Assembly (NCBI GenBank): GCA_963765495.1
Contig: CAVXWP010000007.1
Location: 704,001 to 768,000 of the forward strand
Reading direction: 5' to 3'
Length of the DNA stretch: 64,000 nt
Source of the DNA: Blastocatellia bacterium
Lineage (GTDB): Bacteria > Acidobacteriota > Blastocatellia > UBA7656
Shown here: positions 57,864 through 64,000 of the stretch, in pieces
Layout: each line of letters starts with the position of its first letter
Position numbering within the stretch: position 1 is the stretch's first letter
Notes under the pieces: generated by a model
Told to the model about the DNA's origin: nothing
What the model saw: only the letters and a program-made list of their open reading frames with translations
The model's database searches: none
Program-made: the position numbers and the translations under genes

Positions 57864-60185
57864 TCAAAAGAAAGTAAAGCTGATCCCAAGATTGAGAATC
57901 TGGTTCTTTGTCAGATCATTCTGGATGAGCAGACTGTTTGTAGCTCGTGAATAGCGGTTTGCGTATCTGATAAAAAACTGACTTTGAAGCTTGCGGAAAC
58001 GATCCCGCTCGACGGCGAACTGATAAGACCATTGCATATCGAATTCCACACTTCGGTTTCCTCTTGTGTCTGCCGCATCGCCCGCGAACGTGCTCGAAAA
58101 ATTGGACGCAAATGTCGCCTTCGGAGTCATCCGCCAGTTTATGCCGGGCGCGATGCGGAATGTGCGGTCGATTGTGCGGGCCTCTTTGTTGCCGGCGCTT
58201 TCGGCGTTGATGTCGAGGTTTAGATCAATCGTCGGGAGGGGTGAAATTCCCACGCTGAAGCCGTTTGTCAGGTTAGTCTGATCGGCAAGCTGGCTGCCAA
58301 TCTGCCGGTTATTTTGAAACGAATGATTGAGACGATAACCGACCCGCCATTTCTGTATTTGCCAGTCGGCGCTGAGCGCCTGATTTGTGCCTACAAGATT
58401 TGGGATGGCGTTCACCTCAAATTCGAACCCTCCGTTTACGGGTATGGCGGCTCCGAACTGATGAATACGATTGAAGGTGTATGACATTCGGGGCAGCCAC
58501 GGAGAAGGTTTTGCCGGGTCGCTAAAAAGCGAGGCGAGCGGAACGGCTACGGCGAGCGTATTTGCGCGAGTCAGCGACCTGAGAATTGACGGGATATTTG
58601 CCAGATTATCGTTAAAGCGAGTATGAAGGTATTGCGCGGTGATTTCGCCTATCGCGGCCTGAACCTGAACTTCGTTCTGCGATTTGTCGGCTTGAGTCGA
58701 GGCCCCGAGGCTTCGAAAGAGAGGGTCAACCGTTTCGTGACGGAAGGCGAGCGAGAGGTTTGCCTTCTTCGTTTTTGTGATTGAAAAATCTTTCAGTATG
58801 TCGAAGCCGGTTTCCAGATAATAGGCGTTGCGCGTGACGGTGGGCAGCGCAACGACGGTCGAGTTTTGATTGAGCAGAGAATCTGACGGGCTTGTAAACC
58901 GGCTTCTGCTAAATCCGGTTTCGAGCTTGAATCTTTGCGAAGGGTCGGAAGCGAGTAAACGAAAACCAATGCCCTGACTTCTTTCCGCGTCGTTCACATT
59001 CGCCTGATTAAAACCGCTGAGCGGTTGAAGCCAGCCGTCGAGCACTCCCGCTTCTACCCTCAACCCGCCCGGGCGCTTTGGAAGAAACTCCATGCCGAGC
59101 GTTCCGCTCAGTAATCTGTGCCTCTGTTTATCGAGCCCGAAAAAATTGCTGAACCCCACTATGCTTGTGCCGTTCATCGCGGTGAGCGCGAAGTCGAAGC
59201 GCGGGGTGATGGGCATCGAGAGCGTCACGCCCCGGCTCGAAAACCCGTTTATCAGATGGCGAAGCGCGCCAAACGAGAAAGTGCCTACCTGATACTTGAG
59301 CTTGCCCGCCTGAAATTGCATCAGGTAACTGGCCAGATCAATCTGCGGCGCATCGTTTCCGAGTTGACCGAATCTCAGGGCTTCCTGCTGGAAACTTGAG
59401 CCTACGAAATCGAACTGAGTCTGAGATGTGAACCCGCCGCGAGCTATATCGCTCTTCAAGCTGAACTGTGTGTTGAGGTCTGTAAATGTAGGTCGCGCAG
59501 GCTGGCCTGTGAATGGAAAAGTTGATTGCGCCGGTTGAGATTTGATGTTTATGTTTACCGATGGAATAAGGTCGAGCTTTTCAAATCCAAACCTCTTACG
59601 CGGCGGTTTTTCCGTTTGAGCGGCCTCACTTTTTTGAGACCCTGTTTGAGGGGCTGGTTGAGGCTGCGCGGTGGTCTCGGCCTGTGCAGGTTTTTCTGCT
59701 GCCCTATCAGGCGTTTTGTTGTCGGCCTGTTCCTGAGAAGCCGGGGCCGCGTTTTGCACGCGCAGGGTAAAGCGCGCTATCTCTTTCCAATCGTTTGTAG
59801 GAGAGACCAGGTAAAGCGTCATCTCTGTCTCGCCCTGCGGCAGAGGCAGAACCTTTGAGTTATAACTCAATTCGGTTTCGGTAGCGACAAACAGAGATGT
59901 CAGATCGGTCGAGCCTAATAGGATCGAAATCCTCCCTTCGGATGTCTGAACGGGGCGGCTCAACCGCACGGTGATCGCTTCATCGGGTGTAACCGACGCC
60001 TTGTCGGTGAAACTCGTTTCAACCTTCAACTCCTGAGTTGGCGCGGATACGGCCGCGTCCTGAGCGAACGCGCCTGACAGCCAGCCGGTATACATCCAGG
60101 CGAGCGATACGGCGAGGGCAAACACCTTGACTGCGCGCGCATCGAGTTTCAGCAATCTAATCCTGTTTCTAAATTTGAAAGCCAT
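57864..60185 (-). CDS. Putative outer-membrane beta-barrel protein with N-terminal soluble domain
   Basis: Signal peptide ending GAFA; beta-rich domain, Pro/Ala/Gln linker, about 570 aa of alternating amphipathic strands, C-terminal LNLGISFTFF (BAM beta-signal-like). Confidence 0.75.
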   Translation of the reverse strand: MAFKFRNRIRLLKLDARAVKVFALAVSLAWMYTGWLSGAFAQDAAVSAPTQELKVETSFTDKASVTPDEAITVRLSRPVQTSEGRISILLGSTDLTSLFVATETELSYNSKVLPLPQGETEMTLYLVSPTNDWKEIARFTLRVQNAAPASQEQADNKTPDRAAEKPAQAETTAQPQPAPQTGSQKSEAAQTEKPPRKRFGFEKLDLIPSVNINIKSQPAQSTFPFTGQPARPTFTDLNTQFSLKSDIARGGFTSQTQFDFVGSSFQQEALRFGQLGNDAPQIDLASYLMQFQAGKLKYQVGTFSFGALRHLINGFSSRGVTLSMPITPRFDFALTAMNGTSIVGFSNFFGLDKQRHRLLSGTLGMEFLPKRPGGLRVEAGVLDGWLQPLSGFNQANVNDAERSQGIGFRLLASDPSQRFKLETGFSRSRFTSPSDSLLNQNSTVVALPTVTRNAYYLETGFDILKDFSITKTKKANLSLAFRHETVDPLFRSLGASTQADKSQNEVQVQAAIGEITAQYLHTRFNDNLANIPSILRSLTRANTLAVAVPLASLFSDPAKPSPWLPRMSYTFNRIHQFGAAIPVNGGFEFEVNAIPNLVGTNQALSADWQIQKWRVGYRLNHSFQNNRQIGSQLADQTNLTNGFSVGISPLPTIDLNLDINAESAGNKEARTIDRTFRIAPGINWRMTPKATFASNFSSTFAGDAADTRGNRSVEFDMQWSYQFAVERDRFRKLQSQFFIRYANRYSRATNSLLIQNDLTKNQILNLGISFTFF

Positions 60186-60265
60186 TTTGAAGACTCCGGT
60201 CTGAGAGTTTATTGATCGGGCGGTCGCGGGAGGCGCTCGCCGTTGATTGGGCAATTATGTGGTTT

Positions 60266-60297
60266 GAACTGCCGCAAACTCCTGCCTGCGGCAGTTC
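60266..60297. terminator. Intergenic 11-bp stem hairpin (terminator or mRNA stabiliser)
   Basis: GAACTGCCGCA-N10-TGCGGCAGTTC; no U-tract on the coding (minus) strand. Confidence 0.5.
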
Positions 60298-60308
60298 GTT
60301 TCACAGAC

Positions 60309-61013
60309 TTACGTAGTGGGGGTACCGGCACCTGAGCCGCAGGTAGCATCGAAAGATTGTTCCGCCTCGGCAAGTTGCTTGCCTCTGATCGCCGTGATTA
60401 TTACGGCTGCGGTCTTGACCAGACAGGTGAAGAAGCGACCGTTCTTTAACGCGGGAGAGCCGGGAGTGTAGGCTGCCGGAATCGCGTTGAACTGATCCGC
60501 GTTTTCCAGATGGAGCGCGGCGGCCCCGGCGGCGGGCGGCGTATCTTTAGCGGCATCATCTATCTCTACGGCGAGTTGGTTTCCCTGTGAGACCAGCTTC
60601 TCAAGCACTGCCTTCGCGCCGCCGTTTGTTCTGATGAAGCTCAACAAAGAGGCGTTTCTAACCTTATCGCGGACGAGGGCTTCGACATCAATATCATTGG
60701 CCTTAACCTTGTCGAGGATTGCTCTGAGGTTTCTCTGCAAGGACGAGATGTTGTTCTTCAATCCTCTGGCAGAATCGTCAACCTGCCGCTTCTCATCGGG
60801 GCGAATCTGAGTCCTCTTTTTCAGATTCAGAACCAGGCTTTGAAATTTGCTCAGGTCGTTGCTGAATCTTTCTACGGCGCTTGCTTCGCTGACTATCTCT
60901 GTGAGGTATCGCTGGGCGTTTGCGGTCCTGGCGAACCCGAAGAACTGTGCGGCTACGAACGCGAAGGCGATCAATGACACGGTTGCTTTTCGATACGATC
61001 TTACTCTTTTCAT
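60309..61013 (-). CDS. Exported alpha-helical hypothetical protein
   Basis: AGGAG RBS, signal peptide ending ANA, coiled-coil body, C-terminal hydrophobic helix between two Cys. Confidence 0.75.
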   Translation of the reverse strand: MKRVRSYRKATVSLIAFAFVAAQFFGFARTANAQRYLTEIVSEASAVERFSNDLSKFQSLVLNLKKRTQIRPDEKRQVDDSARGLKNNISSLQRNLRAILDKVKANDIDVEALVRDKVRNASLLSFIRTNGGAKAVLEKLVSQGNQLAVEIDDAAKDTPPAAGAAALHLENADQFNAIPAAYTPGSPALKNGRFFTCLVKTAAVIITAIRGKQLAEAEQSFDATCGSGAGTPTT

Positions 61014-61155
61014 TTTTAACTCCTATATCTGATTCTCGTTTATGGTTATTGCCCTGAGGGTGAAGGGTCTGTTTTTTCCCTCAATGAAGCGTGAGTCTTT
61101 TTGCGGGGTCGGGCGATTTCTGATTCGATTATCCCCTGACCCTTGCAACTTTGAG

Positions 61156-61761
61156 CTAAGACTTTGTTGCTCTGAACGTGAATGGAAATCTCTTTCCCAA
61201 ACCGCCTTTGCCGTTCAGGACTACCTGGAGCGCAAAGTCCTTCAACCCGGAAAAGGTCTTCTTATACTCGGTCCCTACCGCTGCATTGTCGTTAAAGGTA
61301 AAGGTGTCAAGATTGGTCGGGTTTCCGTTTATGTCTACCTTGCAGACGCTGACCACACACGTCGCCTTGCCGTTGTCGCTCTTCTTGATCGAGATCGTGA
61401 CGGTGTTTTTGTCGAGAGGCGGGCTGAGGAATGTGCGGTTGCTCGGAGAGAGCAGATTGCCCGTCTGCGTATTGCCGTATTCGACGGCGCGCGGCCCTAT
61501 CGTTGCCGGACCATTGTTGGCGAGTGAGTTCCACGTGTTGACAAGTTTTACATAGACCGGAGGCTTGCTGGTGCATTCGGATGTAGTGGCATCTGCGCCT
61601 TCCTGCTGTTTGCACTCTTCTGTGAATTTTTTTAGCAGGTTTCTGACAAATATCGAATTGCTGCAATCGTCGGCGCTTGCCGGAGGCATTACAACAAAGG
61701 TGAGCGCAACCATTATCACGCTCGCGATTACCAGATTCCTTTTCGTGATTCTCCTGTTCAT
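61156..61761 (-). CDS. Exported cysteine-containing hypothetical protein
   Basis: AAGGAG RBS, signal peptide ending ASA, five Cys, WNSLANNGPATIGPR, beta-rich C-terminal half. Confidence 0.75.
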   Translation of the reverse strand: MNRRITKRNLVIASVIMVALTFVVMPPASADDCSNSIFVRNLLKKFTEECKQQEGADATTSECTSKPPVYVKLVNTWNSLANNGPATIGPRAVEYGNTQTGNLLSPSNRTFLSPPLDKNTVTISIKKSDNGKATCVVSVCKVDINGNPTNLDTFTFNDNAAVGTEYKKTFSGLKDFALQVVLNGKGGLGKRFPFTFRATKS

Positions 61762-61854
61762 CTATTTTATTCTCCTTCTCAAAGTAGTTTGGAAATTTAG
61801 AAAGCCCTTACTCAGGGACGTTCCTGCTATAAAGCCGGATTTAGAATAGTTCTC

Positions 61855-62706
61855 TTAAAAAGCCCCGTCCTGGGTGATCGTCACCGAATCGCTGGAAGCC
61901 ATTCCGGCAAACAGGCTGATACTTGCGGATGTCACTGCGGAACCGCCCGACTTCAACGTGAGTCTTGTCTGCCGCCCGGTTCCGCCTGTGCTTGCTGATG
62001 CCGACCTCCGCGCCCCGTCTTTGTGCAGCGCCTCGGCCTTTACTTCAAACCCGGTGAAAGAGAGATTGCGCGCCGCAGTTGCCGTCCACTTCACATCTAT
62101 GCATTGCTCGCCGGAAGCGCACCCCTGATTTGTAAGCCGTGCTTCGGCAATCGAGATTTCAATCGGGTCTCCACTCGAACGCCCCGATTTTGACTGCAAT
62201 CTTCCCGTCTGTGGTTCGACCGTAAACTCATGTGTGAGCGTCAGCCTTGATGTGATCTTGAAATTGATCCTGATGCTGGCCTTGAACCTCTTGAGATCGG
62301 CCGTGCCGCTTTGCCGTGGATGAGTGGGAACCTTGAATATGGCAGTCCGCGCCGACGGCCTCAAAGAGTTACTGCTGAATGAATTTTTCGACCCGTCCGT
62401 GTAGAAGACTTCCAACCCGGCATCGAATCCGTCAATGACGGTCAATCGTGGAACCTGAGCCGTCCATCTGACCTCGATTTCGGCGGTCGCGGCTACGCCA
62501 ATCGCGGCAAGCCTTCTGACTCGGGTTATATGCAGATCGGGCGGGTCGGATTGTTGCGCCCGACGCGGAACCGCTGCTCGCGCTTCGGGCAGCGCCATCG
62601 CGAGCGACACAAACAGAATAATGACCGCCCTTCGCCCGATCATTTCAGGCAACTCGTCGGTTCGGGGCCGTTCGCTTTGCCTCTCAGTCATCGCCATGCC
62701 GATCAT
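61855..62706 (-). CDS. Exported protein with two tandem beta-sandwich-like repeats
   Basis: GGGAGG RBS; signal ending ARA; repeats IEVRWTA...GFD...DG and IDVKWTA...GFE...DG. Confidence 0.7.
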   Translation of the reverse strand: MIGMAMTERQSERPRTDELPEMIGRRAVIILFVSLAMALPEARAAVPRRAQQSDPPDLHITRVRRLAAIGVAATAEIEVRWTAQVPRLTVIDGFDAGLEVFYTDGSKNSFSSNSLRPSARTAIFKVPTHPRQSGTADLKRFKASIRINFKITSRLTLTHEFTVEPQTGRLQSKSGRSSGDPIEISIAEARLTNQGCASGEQCIDVKWTATAARNLSFTGFEVKAEALHKDGARRSASASTGGTGRQTRLTLKSGGSAVTSASISLFAGMASSDSVTITQDGAF

Positions 62707-62853
62707 TGGGTCCTCCCATCAAGAGTCTTGTTTGGCCGAATACTTCCGCCTATAATAAGCGTGGCGTTGGACTTCTTTTACCAACTCAATCCACCGGCCC
62801 AACACCACTGCTCATCAACGCAGCCGACGATACGCGGAAACCGGGATTTATGT

Positions 62854-62897
62854 CTTAAAAGGCTTCTAAAAAAGTTCTAAAGAAACCTTAAAAGGCA
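62854..62897. promoter_or_regulatory. Four tandem 11-bp direct repeats, putative OmpR/PhoB-type wHTH operator
   Basis: CTTAAAAGGCT TCTAAAAAAGT TCTAAAGAAAC CTTAAAAGGCA. Confidence 0.7.
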
Positions 62898-62900
62898 TTT

Positions 62901-64000
62901 ATGAATCATCAAATCAAGCACTTATACGAATTCGAATCTTTTCAACTGGATGCGGCCAGTCGCACCTTATTGCGCGATGGGGAGCCTTCGCCGCTCGCTC
63001 CAAAGGCTTTCGATCTCTTGCTTGCGCTTATCGAAGGGCGCGGGCGCGTGCTGGAAAAAGAGCACCTGATGAAGAGGGTCTGGCCCGATACTTTTGTGGA
63101 CGAGGCCAACATCGCCGTGACCGTTTCTGCGCTCAGAAAGGCTCTCGGTCGCCGCCCCGGTGGAGGGCAATACATCGAAACCGTGCCGAAACGCGGCTAT
63201 CGTTTCGCCGCAAGCGTGCAGGAGGTTACGGCGGATGCGGAAGGGCCACAAGAAGCATCAACTGCCTCTATTGAAGAAGTCGGCTCGCCGGAAACGAATG
63301 GGTGGGAAGTAAGGCAAGTAACCGCGTCATCGGGCGCAGACGCGTCTGCCGAAGATATTGAGCAGCACGTGTCGCGTGAAGCTCTACACGCCGCCCACTT
63401 CCCACAAGCAATGTTCGGAGCGAAGAGGGTCAGGGTTGCTGCGCTTGTCGCGGCGGCAATCGCGACCGTGGCAATCGGGTATTTTGTCTTATTCAAGAAA
63501 GCGACGGCTACGCCTGTTGAACCCCGGCGGCTTGCGATCTTACCTTTCCATAATCTCAAGCCGAACCCGGAGACGGATTTTCTGGGCGTCTCGCTTGCAG
63601 ACGCTGTGATAACAAAACTCGGCGCGGTCAATTCGCTTGTGGTTCGCCCTTCCTCGTATGTCTATCGCTACCGAGATCAGGAGATCGACCCGAGTAAGGC
63701 GGCGCAAGAACTCAAAGTCAACACTCTGATGACCGGCTCTTATATCAAGGACGGCGACACCCTGAGAATCACCGCCCAACTGATAGATGTCTCCGCGCAG
63801 CAGTCGATATCGGTCGGAACGATTGACATCAAATACGACAGGCTGTCAACGGTGCAGGACGAAGTAGCGAGCCGGATAATCGAGAGATTGAGACTCAAGT
63901 TGTCGAGCGCCGAAACGCAGAGGCTCAATCGGGGAAGCGCCCAGGACAATCTGGCTTACGAGTATTTTCTGCGCGGGGTCGATCTCTATTCCCGGAACGA
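62901..64000 (+). CDS. CadC/OmpR-type winged-helix regulator with TM helix and TolB-like domain (3'-partial; absent from the ORF track)
   Basis: Hand translation: MNHQIKHLYEFESFQLD...PKAFDLLLAL...VWPDTFVDEANI...LRKAL...YIETVPKRGYRF; TM helix; LAILPFHNL; LRITAQLID; AYEYFLRG. Confidence 0.92.
   Translation, partial: MNHQIKHLYEFESFQLDAASRTLLRDGEPSPLAPKAFDLLLALIEGRGRVLEKEHLMKRVWPDTFVDEANIAVTVSALRKALGRRPGGGQYIETVPKRGYRFAASVQEVTADAEGPQEASTASIEEVGSPETNGWEVRQVTASSGADASAEDIEQHVSREALHAAHFPQAMFGAKRVRVAALVAAAIATVAIGYFVLFKKATATPVEPRRLAILPFHNLKPNPETDFLGVSLADAVITKLGAVNSLVVRPSSYVYRYRDQEIDPSKAAQELKVNTLMTGSYIKDGDTLRITAQLIDVSAQQSISVGTIDIKYDRLSTVQDEVASRIIERLRLKLSSAETQRLNRGSAQDNLAYEYFLRGVDLYSRN

Overview
A 64-kb bacterial chromosomal segment of moderately high GC. 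The ADOP permease, Oar-type TonB receptor, CadC-like wHTH-TolB regulator and SpoIVB/beta-propeller pair point to Acidobacteriota, probably Blastocatellia (inference). Backbone genes: ABC/MoxR/DUF58 cluster, amidohydrolase, M28 peptidase, pgsA-like, dnaK-dnaJ-orf-hspR, TonB receptor, rhomboid, two lytic transglycosylases, pseudokinase-PP2C, dnaE, iscS-nifS-iscU, thiL, CpsB-type phosphatase, trpD. No rRNA, intact tRNA, CRISPR array, transposase or integrase was seen. Best candidates for undescribed biology: (1) a consensus sigma54 promoter driving an RNA with two long hairpins that share an ACGGGGGC loop and a G.G mismatch, with a near-identical loop (ACGGGGGG) capping the ribosome-binding hairpin of the downstream RpoD-paralogue gene; (2) an AT-rich, att-scarred island encoding a secreted six-cysteine peptide, a TlpA-like oxidoreductase and an ADOP permease; (3) a five-gene locus of exported proteins with an orphan outer-membrane barrel, divergent from a membrane-bound wHTH regulator and a 4x11-bp operator; (4) several families of fold-back repeat elements sitting at stop/start junctions; (5) DnaA and NrdR boxes upstream of dnaE; (6) a DUF4062-NB-ARC-TPR NLR-like protein. 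All calls come from reading motifs by eye; no database search or folding program was run.
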